From: a virus
Taxonomy: Duplodnaviria; Caudoviricetes
Reading direction: 5' to 3' (one strand)
IMG/VR virus record: IMGVR_UViG_3300023112_000019
Span: 1 to 52,326 of that record
Length of the DNA stretch: 52,326 nucleotides
The notes under the pieces are model-generated. The model was given only the letters and a program-made list of their open reading frames with translations, ran no database searches and had not been told where the DNA came from. Within the stretch, counting starts at the first letter, position 1. Each line of letters begins with the position of its first letter. This document shows positions 30,601 through 39,843 of this stretch, one piece after another. Made by a program: the position numbers and the translations under genes.

Positions 30601-31158
30601 ACTATGCGGGTTATCCGCCGGGAGAGCGTCATGTCTTGTTTCTGTAAGATACTGAGTATGATCATCATCTCCGAGCCCAGCAAGAGATCCATGATCTATG
30701 CCGCCTGGGATTACTACTGCAGTTATCTGATCTCCAGCATCATTGTATGTGAAATCAATAGAAGCTGTGTCTGTAAGGATATTCCCCACAGCATCTTGTG
30801 CAGCTTCATCAAAGTCAGTAACCTGACTTGATGTTACTTCTATTTTTGATTGGTCTATTCTGAATTCCAGGTCCTCATCGGCACCATCATTCATTTCATA
30901 CAGCTCTAGAATATCGGACGTATTAGATCCTTCAGCTGCCGTAATCTTGTCCAACAGGTACCCAGGAGTCGTATCGTTTGCAGACACCTTAACTTTTATA
31001 TCTACTCCTGTATCATTTAGAATCCAATTAGCTACACTAGCTGTACCGTTCGAGAACCACATCTCTCCAGTATCCGTATTAATCCAGTGTTGTCCTACAA
31101 ATTCCGGAGTAACATTTGGATCCATATTGCATTCTATAACGTGAACATTAAGTCCCAT
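27628..31158 (-). CDS. Modular repeat fibre protein (~1176 aa) with C1q/BclA-CTD-like distal domain
   Basis: Five ~64-aa KVSANDTT...TESQISDL units, two DHG-x-L-x-GLGDDDH units, two HPNHTGEVTS units, and a short GARGEAGATG collagen-like stretch; AGGAG SD before ATG 31158. Confidence 0.7.
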   Translation of the reverse strand: MGLNVHVIECNMDPNVTPEFVGQHWINTDTGEMWFSNGTASVANWILNDTGVDIKVKVSANDTTPGYLLDKITAAEGSNTSDILELYEMNDGADEDLEFRIDQSKIEVTSSQVTDFDEAAQDAVGNILTDTASIDFTYNDAGDQITAVVIPGGIDHGSLAGLGDDDHTQYLTETRHDALPADNPHSVTFTQAVTADAGTDITAAEAETLTDGSNADTLHTHAASLDDKVRVSSNDTTPGYLLDKATATEGSNATNILELYEANDAGDEDLEFRIDESKISITESQISDLSHYAHPNHTGEVTSIGDGAQTVDKTAITNKTTIAADGADFVLVSDTDDSGNLKKVAISDLLDDTDTGEDNTASNVGTAGVGVFKQKTGVDLEFRNINAASNKVSVILDGANNEIDIDVNEANLTITESQISDLTHTVNTDESVKVSANDTTAGYLLNKVIAADESNSTSAIEIKEVNDGGDEDLKIAFDETKLTITESQISDLAHTLAYKTINTPAGTDPVAATTTDTLNLTTSDNTVVVTGTAGSDTIDFKVDPSNIDLNDLGDVTITTVSDDDILQYNSVSGEWENTTLAGLNGQLDHGNLLGLGDDDHLQYLTETRHDALPSDNPHNVTFTQVVTADGGTDITAAEAETLTDGSNADALHTHAANLDEKAKVSANDTTAKFLEDAVVASEGTNSTNILEITTLNDGANEDLQFQVDQTKISITESQISDLSHTTNTDETVKISANDTTAGYLLDKATATEGSNTTNILELYEANDAGDEDLEFRIDESKITITESQISDLSHYTHPNHTGEVTSIGDGVQTLDKTAITNQTTVAPVPGDFVLVSDTSDSGNLKKVNISDLIGATGTDCPAVQVRRTTDYVITTGFVDLTFDTTDVETDATVLEHDNVNTDRILIKEAGLYNVHYHTQTEITGSAIFNYRVRANDTTILAGSETFRSDAGDTFPNGATFLCMCAAGDFLSLQVNRSGGSGSLKADTSFIVTKCAGARGEAGATGAGANIIVQEDDITVGTVTDTLNFEGSGVSSVVDEGTNKTTVTISGGLFGSQFQFSESLSQSTTTSSSFQQKLRLTTSGLPSGEYIINWSADIGGSSDKKVAFRVQLNDSINLSETDFKIKGGGVGNSFAYIPMGGHAIKTLSGINTIDIDYRENDDTAAIKNARLTLWRVN

Positions 31159-31640
31159 TAGCATGCTCCTTTTTTAATAAAGCACAAAGTACTGTCCAAT
31201 AACATAGATGCTCCCATCACACAGTTCTTTCCTGGAACACACTTTACATGGATTAGGCGCTCGTCTGTACCTTCTCCTTCGTTCATTCCTTTTACTGTTG
31301 CCTTACCGTTACCGTTGTCGGTAACTGTTAAATTATCTTCAAAGTTTAAGTCGACATTAACTCTTGTTACATCAACGCCATAGCTCTGTATATATGCTCT
31401 ATCGGCATATCTTAAAAATCTTATTCCATCTGCAGCAGAAAGGTCATTTGTTCCGTCATTAACGATAACATCTCCTGCATTAATCAAGGGCGTAAGCTCG
31501 CTGATTGCTTCGTCTGCAGCAACATCGAGATACTCCTCTATTGTTAGCTCAACATAAACACCACCAGTAGGAAGCTCCAGGTCTCCCAATTCAAACAACT
31601 CTATCAGAGTTCCTGTGGTATTTTTAAATCTCTTAGACAT
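31158..31640 (-). CDS. Hypothetical virion-associated protein (160 aa)
   Basis: ORF coupled within the fibre cassette; LNFEDNLTVTDNGNGKATV resembles a segment of the downstream fibre (LNFEG...VVDEGTNKTTV). Confidence 0.5.
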   Translation of the reverse strand: MSKRFKNTTGTLIELFELGDLELPTGGVYVELTIEEYLDVAADEAISELTPLINAGDVIVNDGTNDLSAADGIRFLRYADRAYIQSYGVDVTRVNVDLNFEDNLTVTDNGNGKATVKGMNEGEGTDERLIHVKCVPGKNCVMGASMLLDSTLCFIKKGAC

Positions 31641-32148
31641 CTCTGTCTCCTGTTGGCCTAACTATAACTGTTGGCTCAAATACTTTTGTGCCAGTAATTC
31701 TGACAGCTATCTGTACATCTTTTGGTATGGCTACTACTCCAAAATCATCTGTATCAAATGATACTTCGCTAACACCTGTCGGTAGTGGCCTATTTGCCAG
31801 AAGAGTCAATCCTGAACCGCCACCTGTATGGTAATATATCTTAATTCTAGATCCTGCAGCAAAATTGAACCTAGAGCCTACCCATATTTCATTTAACTTG
31901 CCATTTATTAATCCGAACGGTATTCCAACCCTGTTACTAAATACGGTTCCCTGCTTTAGCCATCCCCGGACCTGTCCATTCCTAGTATAGTGGTATGTTA
32001 CAGAAACAGCCAGCCTAACTTTGTTGCATAGCTCCTCTATGGCTTCCTGTATGGTCTCAGATATTAAATCACAAGTAGGATCATTCTCTGTGTCATATGG
32101 AATGGTTAAGCCATGTGGCCCAATCTCAATGTACTTGCCGTCTTCCAT
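31633..32148 (-). CDS. Hypothetical virion-associated protein (171 aa)
   Basis: SETIQEAIEEL fibre-type motif followed by a beta-rich domain. Confidence 0.5.
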   Translation of the reverse strand: MEDGKYIEIGPHGLTIPYDTENDPTCDLISETIQEAIEELCNKVRLAVSVTYHYTRNGQVRGWLKQGTVFSNRVGIPFGLINGKLNEIWVGSRFNFAAGSRIKIYYHTGGGSGLTLLANRPLPTGVSEVSFDTDDFGVVAIPKDVQIAVRITGTKVFEPTVIVRPTGDRDV

Positions 32149-32909
32149 TATGCCTCTGCCACAAAGACTTTAACGCCGGCGGATCCAATTATATATACTG
32201 AAGTATTTGCTTCTGCAGTAATTTCCGCTGGCTGTCTTTTGAATAGAGGGTCCCCGCCTGTTGCAGCATCGTCATCAGTTATGTCATTCTGAAATCCCCA
32301 TCTTGCTTTACCGGTTAGGGGTCTCATAAATACTGTTTTTCTATCTGCTTTAGCTGTTGCTGCAACTTTAACTTCTTGCACAGATCCAGTAAGGGTAATG
32401 ATCTTGTTTACTCCGCCGCAGTGTAATGTGTCAACGACTCTGGCTTCACCCTTGCCTGCTTCACAGTCGGGTTTAAACGCCAGCTCGTAATCTTGGTTGC
32501 CAATTCTAACAGCGTCATGAACATCACCAGCAAGTGGATTGTCATCTTTGCGGGTTAACTGTACGTCTAGATTGACATCTTGTATAGAGATCTCTGCATC
32601 TACGCAGAGGCGGCCATTCTCATCCATGGCTAATGGCTTGAATTCGTTTGTGCCTTTCTGAATACCACCTGTAAGAAGCCCTAGTCTTGTCAATGGGTCA
32701 GTTATTTCACAGTCTGTATAAACGATGTCTGGACCGAAAGGTGAGTCCATACAAACGCGGATAGCTTCTACATCTTCACAGTATGCATTGTCCCTAAACC
32801 ATTTAGAGGTTATGTCTGTAGGTAAAGCTTTCTTTGGGGATGGGCGAACCCTATCTCCTCTAAGCTTAAACTCTAGTTCTTCCTGTGGTGGACATTGTTC
32901 TGTCGGCAC
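32148..32909 (-). CDS. Hypothetical virion-associated protein (253 aa)
   Basis: GTG start with AGGAG SD; beta-rich C-terminal domain; own promoter upstream. Confidence 0.5.
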   Translation of the reverse strand: MPTEQCPPQEELEFKLRGDRVRPSPKKALPTDITSKWFRDNAYCEDVEAIRVCMDSPFGPDIVYTDCEITDPLTRLGLLTGGIQKGTNEFKPLAMDENGRLCVDAEISIQDVNLDVQLTRKDDNPLAGDVHDAVRIGNQDYELAFKPDCEAGKGEARVVDTLHCGGVNKIITLTGSVQEVKVAATAKADRKTVFMRPLTGKARWGFQNDITDDDAATGGDPLFKRQPAEITAEANTSVYIIGSAGVKVFVAEA

Positions 32910-32936
32910 TTACTCTCCTGTATAATATACCTTAGG

Positions 32937-32965
32937 AGTATATCATTTCAATATATTAGCGTAAA
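32937..32965 (-). promoter_or_regulatory. sigma70-type promoter TTTACG-N17-TATACT with extended -10 TG
   Basis: Intergenic; near-identical boxes to the 39814-39842 element. Confidence 0.6.
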
Positions 32966-32966
32966 G

Positions 32967-34286
32967 CTACCCTTGTTCAACAAGAGTCATAATTAGCTGT
33001 TTTCCTGAAACTGCAGTAGTAAATGTTAGCTCTTCGGATGGTCCCGAAGGGTATATTGGTTGACTGGTTATTTTAACCTTATCAGTAACCGATGCTGCTT
33101 TTAAATCTTTATTGAATGTCACAGTGATAACTGTAGCATCTATTCCTTTTGATAGAGAAGACTGTGCTTGCACAACTTGCCCTGTGGCTGTAGATTCAGT
33201 AGAGGCTTCGAAGTTTACATTGACAAGGGCAGATGCATTAAATGCATCCACCACTTGTTGCGCTGTACTTACTCCGTCCTCAATTGTAACTGTAATATCT
33301 GTTCCAACTAACCCTATGACTTCAGCTCCTGCAGTCGCTCCAGCAAGAAATTCAACTGTATAATCATTAAATAAAGAAGTATACTCCTTAGTGATTATAG
33401 CAACATCTCCAACTTTAACGTTAGCTTTTCGCGGTATCTTTAGCATCGAATCCGCATTTGCAGGTTCCACTCCGACAACGAATAATGCGTCGCCAGCTGT
33501 GGTTGATCCACCAACAACAGGTATGTTTAAAACATCGTCAGATTTCTCATCATCAGGGACCTGATAATCCCCAGAACCAGAAGAGAAAGTCCAGCTATAT
33601 ATATCCACCTGCGTGTCCGCAGGTAAAGTTCTAATTACAAAAGAATCACCTATGACATATGTGCCATCTGTGAATTTGATTTTTAAGCCTTCATCAATTC
33701 CAATATATCTAGCTCTGGCTTCAATAGATACAGAAGTCTTCCCGTCAGACGCTCTCGTCCATACGTACTTTGCTGTATTCTTGTTGCCACTAGTTACTAC
33801 TGTAATCGTGTATGTATCTGCTGCTAGGCCTTCATAGACCCCTTGAGATACCAGCGCGCCTGTACCTGTGTTCCCGCCGTTTGGCTCAGGATCAAATACA
33901 GATAGTAAAGATATATCCTTACTTAACATAGCAGCAAACGTAGTGTTTGGCTTTAGTAAAGTGTCAGGATTAATTGTGATTTTAGTTCTATATTTTTCGC
34001 CACTATCAATATCGGTGCCGAAGTCTAAACCTGTATATAAATCTTCATCAAGAAGATTGATTCTTTCAGACTCAACTTTAGCTGGAACGATATTGCCAAG
34101 AGCTGCATTCGCTAGAAAAGCGTCTAGGCTCTCTTCATTGTGTGTAGGAATTTCAACTAGGAAACAACTAGATGCGGAAATGCTACCTTCATCTAATGAT
34201 TGCTCAAAGATTGCGGTAGGCTCGAACCCGACAGCTACGCCTTCGGCGTTACTAGCAGGTGTTACAATAGGTACTAAGTTCGACAT
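32967..34286 (-). CDS. Ig-like domain virion protein (439 aa)
   Basis: VTPASNAEGV...FEQSLD...ITINPDTLLKPNTTF...YSWTFS and GVEPA...ITVTFNKDL are Big_5/SbsA-type Ig patterns. Confidence 0.6.
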   Translation of the reverse strand: MSNLVPIVTPASNAEGVAVGFEPTAIFEQSLDEGSISASSCFLVEIPTHNEESLDAFLANAALGNIVPAKVESERINLLDEDLYTGLDFGTDIDSGEKYRTKITINPDTLLKPNTTFAAMLSKDISLLSVFDPEPNGGNTGTGALVSQGVYEGLAADTYTITVVTSGNKNTAKYVWTRASDGKTSVSIEARARYIGIDEGLKIKFTDGTYVIGDSFVIRTLPADTQVDIYSWTFSSGSGDYQVPDDEKSDDVLNIPVVGGSTTAGDALFVVGVEPANADSMLKIPRKANVKVGDVAIITKEYTSLFNDYTVEFLAGATAGAEVIGLVGTDITVTIEDGVSTAQQVVDAFNASALVNVNFEASTESTATGQVVQAQSSLSKGIDATVITVTFNKDLKAASVTDKVKITSQPIYPSGPSEELTFTTAVSGKQLIMTLVEQG

Positions 34287-34288
34287 AT

Positions 34289-34648
34289 CTACTCATTTTT
34301 AGATTTTTTATTACTACGTTTAGTTGCCTTCTTCTTAGTTGCTTTAGGCTTCTCGACTTTCTCAGTAATAACGTCGTCTTTAGCTTTCTCTATCTCTTCG
34401 GATTTTTTTGGTCTTATGTGTGACTCACCAGTATTGACTAGCTCTTTTCTGTTGATGCTTGTAACAATCTGTGCTTGAGCCCATCGAGGATAATCATCTA
34501 ACTCTATTTCTACTAGCATATCGCCTGTAATAATGAGCTTGTCTTCTTGATACCCTACTCCACTTTGACCGTGAATATATTCCTTAGAAACTGGATGGGC
34601 TAGTGCCCAAACAACTTTGCCAGTTGGCAAACCAAGTTTTAATACCAT
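34289..34648 (-). CDS. Hypothetical protein with Lys-rich C-terminal tail
   Basis: Small ORF after the capsid terminator; GGGAG SD. Confidence 0.55.
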   Translation of the reverse strand: MVLKLGLPTGKVVWALAHPVSKEYIHGQSGVGYQEDKLIITGDMLVEIELDDYPRWAQAQIVTSINRKELVNTGESHIRPKKSEEIEKAKDDVITEKVEKPKATKKKATKRSNKKSKNE

Positions 34649-34665
34649 CAATCTCTCCCTTGATG

Positions 34666-34690
34666 TAAGAAAGGGGGCCGAAGCCCCCTC
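34666..34690 (-). terminator. Rho-independent terminator after the major capsid gene
   Basis: AGGGGGC-TTCG-GCCCCCT stem with a C(UUCG)G tetraloop, followed by TTCTT. Confidence 0.8.
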
Positions 34691-34701
34691 TACTTATTTA
34701 T

Positions 34702-36090
34702 TTATGGTAAAATTGGAACTCTTTCGTCAATCTCTTCGAGACCACCGGAAGAAGTTGCGTTACCGTCTGCATCAAGTGCTGCGATATTGATTTGTGGAAC
34801 AGCTGGTTGGCTAGTTACCATGTTATCAACATTTACTGCGTTCTTAATTAAAGCTACCGCTTGACCTTCGTTAAGAATACCTAGGGCATATCTTTCACGA
34901 ATTTTGATCTTACGAATATCTCTTGCAGGGTCATCCCACTCTTCTGTTGTTGGATCTTCATCAACAAGAAGTACTCCAAGCTCACCTTGATCAAAGATCA
35001 TGATGTCTGTTAACTTTTTGATTGGATCATAGTTAACAAAAGGAGAAACAATTACTGTCATTGGGTTACTTAGATAACCTGGAAGGATAGGAGCAGAATC
35101 AATTGCTTGATTTCTTAACTCAACACCTGTATCAGGTTGAACATCTTCGATTTTCCCGACAGACATACCACCAGCAGCTAGTGCCCATGGATTTCCACCT
35201 TTAGCTTGTCCTCTCCAAGATGCAAATAACACGTTAGTGTTTGCATTGAAGAACATAGCTCTCATGTTTGGATCCTTCAGGAACATAGTGTAAGTAAGCG
35301 GGTGAACTAACATTGTGTCACCAGAGAAACCTCTAGCAAGTAAATGTCCCCAAAGATCAAATAGATCTTCGGCTGTTGCCGCACCGTTAGCTGCTCCGTT
35401 GAAGCCTCTACCGTGTGTTACACCTAATACTGAATTAACCGGATCAGCGTTGTCGAAGTATACTAAACCTTCAGCGCCAACCATGTTAAAGATCTTAACT
35501 TCTTTGTGACGAGCTAGTGCTCTTGAAGCTGCTCTAAGGTGCATAGAAATTACGTCTACTTGTGAATAACGAACCATTTCATCCGAGATTTTAACGGCAA
35601 TACCGCTTTTCCCGATGTTCGCCACCATAGCAGCTCCACCTTGAGTCATCTTCGCTTCTGGGTATTCTCCACCTTCTGGGATATCAAGTTCTGCCAAAGA
35701 CAGGGCTGATGCCGCAGGAAGTAGGATCGTTTGACCCATAGAAAAGTTAATTCTTTGTAGTAATGATACACCGATCATCATTGGTTCCATAGCTTCTCTA
35801 ACTACTGTAGAGATTACTTTGGGAAGTAAAATTGGTGCATCTGGCACAGAGTACATATCCTGAACTTTCCATTCAGTTCCATCTACGTCCATCCCGCTGT
35901 TATCCCAGATAAACTGGAATTGTTTCAAGCGATTCTTATATCCGTCAAGAACTTTTGCCTGATCGAGCTCTTCTTGGCCTTCTACTTTTCCTGCTTCAGA
36001 ATAGTAATCGGTCAGTTCGTGCTTTCGACCTGAGTCCTTATTGACTTGGATAGAATAAGAGTTTGTCGCTTTGTCTTTAAAAAGTCTCAT
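34702..36090 (-). CDS. Major capsid protein (HK97 fold)
   Basis: LLPKVISTVVREA, IPEGGEYPE, KSGIAVKISDEMV, DTMLVHP, KIRERYALGILN; position after the protease and decoration genes; followed by a terminator. Confidence 0.9.
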   Translation of the reverse strand: MRLFKDKATNSYSIQVNKDSGRKHELTDYYSEAGKVEGQEELDQAKVLDGYKNRLKQFQFIWDNSGMDVDGTEWKVQDMYSVPDAPILLPKVISTVVREAMEPMMIGVSLLQRINFSMGQTILLPAASALSLAELDIPEGGEYPEAKMTQGGAAMVANIGKSGIAVKISDEMVRYSQVDVISMHLRAASRALARHKEVKIFNMVGAEGLVYFDNADPVNSVLGVTHGRGFNGAANGAATAEDLFDLWGHLLARGFSGDTMLVHPLTYTMFLKDPNMRAMFFNANTNVLFASWRGQAKGGNPWALAAGGMSVGKIEDVQPDTGVELRNQAIDSAPILPGYLSNPMTVIVSPFVNYDPIKKLTDIMIFDQGELGVLLVDEDPTTEEWDDPARDIRKIKIRERYALGILNEGQAVALIKNAVNVDNMVTSQPAVPQINIAALDADGNATSSGGLEEIDERVPILP

Positions 36091-36107
36091 GGTACTTGTC
36101 TCCTCTC

Positions 36108-37304
36108 TTATCTTATGTTTAGGTTAAATCTAACTATTCCAGTCATCTTGTCACCACCAGCATAGAAGATATTATGAGGCATACCATCAGTCGCTGAACC
36201 TGGCATTCTATCTAATTTAGATACCTGCCCTGTTCTACCGTCTACGATAGGTCCTGTTAATCTGTCATCATATGCAGTTTTAACTCTGTCTAAGAATTGT
36301 TTAGGGAATTTGTCATCTACTAAGTAGACTGTTCCAACGATATCTAACGTCTTGTCAATAGCAGCTTCAATGCTAGCAGAAGCGTCAACAAGATCTGTTG
36401 CTGCGACTGTTGCGGCTGTGTATGTAACAAATGAAGATGTCTCATCAAAAGTAACTAAGTCCCCCGGTGTAGCTCCGCCTCTCCAAGTTGCAATTCCTGC
36501 AAAAGGAGCATTGAAAACACCTGTATTTTCGTATAGATATTCTACTACAACTACGTCGCCAATCTTCAGGTAATCATCTGATGTCCCTGAGTTCCAGTCA
36601 ATAGAGTCTGGAGCGCCGCCAACGAAAGTAAAATCTACATCTCTACGTCCATTAACTGTTACCTTAATAGTGTAGTCGAGAACTGTAGCGTGAGCCAGTT
36701 GGAAATCCCCTTGGTCCGCGCCTGCAATCGTCGATTCGATTTTGTGATCTAGTCTTTCATTTGGTTCAACAGGATATTCTAGGTAGTAATCTGTTAAGAT
36801 TGCCACACCAGTTTGTCTGTTGTAGTTGTGGTATTTGTAAGTCGCAGGGTTTGTTGGATCAGATCCTGATAGTTGGTATGCATCATAAGATGCAACACCA
36901 GCACATCGCCCTACTGTGATTCCTTCCGAAATCATTGTGTCAATTACGTAATCTCCAGCTGCGGCTACTGCCCCATCTGCTTTTAAGACTCCGTGATCTG
37001 CGTCGTTTTGTGTGTACTGTGGTCCGTTACTCGCTCCGAGAGCTAAAAGTAATCTAAAACCTGCAGGAACCATTGAACCGTTGCTGTCTAGTGCAACTGG
37101 TTTCCCAGCTCCGATAACCTTCCAGTCTTGAAAAGTTGACTCGTATCTTTCCAGTGGCAAATATGCTGCTGGATGGTTTAAGCCAAATCTCATACCTTCT
37201 GATATTTCGAAATTAGGTGTCCATGGGCTGCTTAGGTCTTTGTTACCTTTGTGAGTAGCTTTGTATCCACCTGATGGAAATGCTCCATTAAAGTAATCAG
37301 CCAT
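36108..37304 (-). CDS. Head decoration / capsid cement protein with inserted Ig-like domain
   Basis: VIGAGKPVALDSNG-type beta-tulip motif, PGDLVTFD, IVGTV; lies between scaffold and capsid genes. Confidence 0.65.
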   Translation of the reverse strand: MADYFNGAFPSGGYKATHKGNKDLSSPWTPNFEISEGMRFGLNHPAAYLPLERYESTFQDWKVIGAGKPVALDSNGSMVPAGFRLLLALGASNGPQYTQNDADHGVLKADGAVAAAGDYVIDTMISEGITVGRCAGVASYDAYQLSGSDPTNPATYKYHNYNRQTGVAILTDYYLEYPVEPNERLDHKIESTIAGADQGDFQLAHATVLDYTIKVTVNGRRDVDFTFVGGAPDSIDWNSGTSDDYLKIGDVVVVEYLYENTGVFNAPFAGIATWRGGATPGDLVTFDETSSFVTYTAATVAATDLVDASASIEAAIDKTLDIVGTVYLVDDKFPKQFLDRVKTAYDDRLTGPIVDGRTGQVSKLDRMPGSATDGMPHNIFYAGGDKMTGIVRFNLNIR

Positions 37305-37315
37305 TATTAATCTCC

Positions 37316-39790
37316 TTAATCAATTGTTGGTATACTACCGTTTTGTTTTTGAACCCTTGCGAGCCACCTGTCAGCGTTAGGCTTTCCATATGTGGCCACC
37401 TTCTTATTATATTCATCATATAACTTGAATTTTTTCTGTTCTTCCGTGTTGTTTTCTGACTCAATCGCTTGACCGGACTTAGAATCTTTCTGCGACAATG
37501 TTGGATCTTCGATATCTGCAGAAGGGGCTTGTTTCATTCCATCTTCTTTTACGAAATCATTAATCTTAAATTGTGTTTCTAAATCTTTTAATCCGTCTTT
37601 AAGTGAATCTAAACTTCTTTCCTTGTGGTCTTCGATCTCTTGAACCCTATCATTGATTTCAAAGTTTCCACTCAGCATTTTCATATCGACTGTTCTTGTA
37701 GCTAATTCTGATGATAGTTGAACCTTGAGCAAACTATTTTCTTCCACCACTGAATCTAACTCTTCATTAGCAGCTTCAAGTTGTGCTTCTAAAATCTCAA
37801 TTTCTGAATCTTGGTCGGTTTTTACACCTGCCATTAATTCTGGAATTTCAATTCCAAGCTCAATGAGCTTTTCTTTAGCATCCTCGAAAGCCTTAACAGC
37901 ATCGTCGTTACTTATACTAGCGTTATTATTACATGGTTCTGATTTACTGTCAAAATTATCCGTCAAGTCTAATTGCAATCTACTGGCTTTTCTGTAAATA
38001 GCAGAAAGAATTCTACCTTTAACAGAATCTGCAGCTTTGCACTTTCTTAAAACGGTTAATGCAGCACCTAGATGAGCTTGATCAACTACTGGGAAGTAGC
38101 CTTTCATACCACAATAATCAGATGCTTTTAAGCTGCCATAAGTTTCCTCAGACATTGCATCTTCACCTAGGATCTCTTTCATTTCTGAATAGATCTCGTC
38201 ACCACTTTTGTCATCTAAAACAATAAGTGAGTCTTTCCAAGCCTTGTATTCCTTAGCCATATCTTCATGAGTCTTGTCTTTCCAATCAAATGTTGCGAGA
38301 ATAATTGCATCTTCATTTTTATAAAGAGCGATATATTCAGACAGTTCGGAAACTTCCTCATGATCTAGTCCAGAATCTTTAACTTTTAAAAGCTCATCTG
38401 CCTCAGCTTTAATACTGTCAAAAGTAATTTCTTCTCCATTCTCCATTTTGAATTTATCAGAAACCTTTTTAGATGTCTTTTTCTTTCTTTTCTTTTTAGT
38501 AGCAACTACGCCTTCTGCACCTTTGTGTGCTGTGTCTTCACTGACTAAAATTTCTTCTCCGTAGAGCACTTCTCCAAAGAAGCCTTCATTAACTGAGTCG
38601 TCATTAGCTGCTGGATCGTCTGCCGAGGAAACTACTGCCTCAAAGTTTTCAGCGCAATATTGATCCACAACTACTTTAATGTCTTCGTCTGAGGCTTTGT
38701 CCTCTGATTTTAACATCTTAGCAATTTGAACGATCATACTCTGAACCCCTGATACATCTAGGTCTTCCATGTGTTCTCTTACAGTTACTTCTTTGGAACC
38801 TTCGTCCCCAGTGCTGTACTTGTAAACTTCGACTTTGACGTCCAATGCATCTTTGACTCTCTCTTCGATCGTCTTTTCTTTCATTGCATTCTCCATCTTT
38901 TGAATATTGTCTTTAATTTCAATAAGATTAGTATCTGTTTCACTGGATAGCGAAACTATGTTTTTATCATTACAAGCGAACAACTGCGCCGCAATTTCAT
39001 AATCATTGTGTACTTTATATAGGTCTTTATCTGCGCTGTCAATAGAGAAGATTGTTTTCTCTTGAGGATCATCGCTAACAATTGTAAAGTTGTGAGCATG
39101 TGGATCAGCTGGAGCATTTACAATACCAAGATGATCGTACATCATACTTCCTGGAACCACAACACAAACATCATCGTCATAGACTTGACCTCTGCTATGG
39201 TCACATAACCCGTCTCTAACCCAATCCGTTCCACAAACAGAACATGTAGCGCTGTCTGAGATCATTGATGTAGATACCGTAAGGTATGTCTCGTTTAGTA
39301 TTCCTTCGATTGCTTCGGCATCTGTAAGCTTTACAGTACCTCTTAAGTGGCCAAGGCCTTTGTAGCTATCTTTTGAATCGTATTCCTTAATGACATGCTG
39401 AACAAAATCAAGCATTGTGTCTTTGTCTGCGCCGTCTTTAAACTGGAATAACTTCTTTAAGTAGCTGTCATTTGATTTATAGAAATCAGAAGTGTCAACG
39501 TATTCTGCGTTGATTACTCTGCCAACTGGTTTTGTGTCTGCGACTTCGTCATGTCCGATAAGAACAGGTTTGTTGTAGTCCTTCATAAAAGAACCAGCTC
39601 CTGCTTTCATTCTTGCAGGAAGGTAGAAACCATAGTTTCTTGTTACAATCCCTGAATGAGTCATGTCTATCTGAGCCAGCAGAGAGTGACCAGATGGAGA
39701 TGCGCTGTCTTTTGTTTTAAAGTACTTTCCTTTTCCTTTAGAAACATGAACATGCCCACCAATGGCATCTATGATTTTAAGTTTTTTCAT
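37316..39790 (-). CDS. Prohead protease fused to acidic scaffold region
   Basis: KPVLIGHD...PVGRV, YLTVSTS, CSVCG...CDH, HLGIVNAPAD, then an acidic coiled-coil C-terminus. ATG 39790 chosen on GGAG SD and promoter position. Confidence 0.85.
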   Translation of the reverse strand: MKKLKIIDAIGGHVHVSKGKGKYFKTKDSASPSGHSLLAQIDMTHSGIVTRNYGFYLPARMKAGAGSFMKDYNKPVLIGHDEVADTKPVGRVINAEYVDTSDFYKSNDSYLKKLFQFKDGADKDTMLDFVQHVIKEYDSKDSYKGLGHLRGTVKLTDAEAIEGILNETYLTVSTSMISDSATCSVCGTDWVRDGLCDHSRGQVYDDDVCVVVPGSMMYDHLGIVNAPADPHAHNFTIVSDDPQEKTIFSIDSADKDLYKVHNDYEIAAQLFACNDKNIVSLSSETDTNLIEIKDNIQKMENAMKEKTIEERVKDALDVKVEVYKYSTGDEGSKEVTVREHMEDLDVSGVQSMIVQIAKMLKSEDKASDEDIKVVVDQYCAENFEAVVSSADDPAANDDSVNEGFFGEVLYGEEILVSEDTAHKGAEGVVATKKKRKKKTSKKVSDKFKMENGEEITFDSIKAEADELLKVKDSGLDHEEVSELSEYIALYKNEDAIILATFDWKDKTHEDMAKEYKAWKDSLIVLDDKSGDEIYSEMKEILGEDAMSEETYGSLKASDYCGMKGYFPVVDQAHLGAALTVLRKCKAADSVKGRILSAIYRKASRLQLDLTDNFDSKSEPCNNNASISNDDAVKAFEDAKEKLIELGIEIPELMAGVKTDQDSEIEILEAQLEAANEELDSVVEENSLLKVQLSSELATRTVDMKMLSGNFEINDRVQEIEDHKERSLDSLKDGLKDLETQFKINDFVKEDGMKQAPSADIEDPTLSQKDSKSGQAIESENNTEEQKKFKLYDEYNKKVATYGKPNADRWLARVQKQNGSIPTID

Positions 39791-39813
39791 AGTGTGTATT
39801 CTCCGATGATACA

Positions 39814-39842
39814 AGTATATAGCTTTATTGCTTTTTTGTAAA
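39814..39842 (-). promoter_or_regulatory. sigma70-type promoter TTTACA-N17-TATACT
   Basis: Occupies the gap between portal and protease genes; 17-bp spacer. Confidence 0.65.
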
Positions 39843-39843
39843 A

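Noticed and set aside
27628-31158. DGR template/variable repeat pair or CRISPR array among the repeats
   Set aside because: The repeats are in-frame protein modules whose differences are not confined to adenines. No reverse transcriptase, cas gene or repeat-spacer periodicity was seen.
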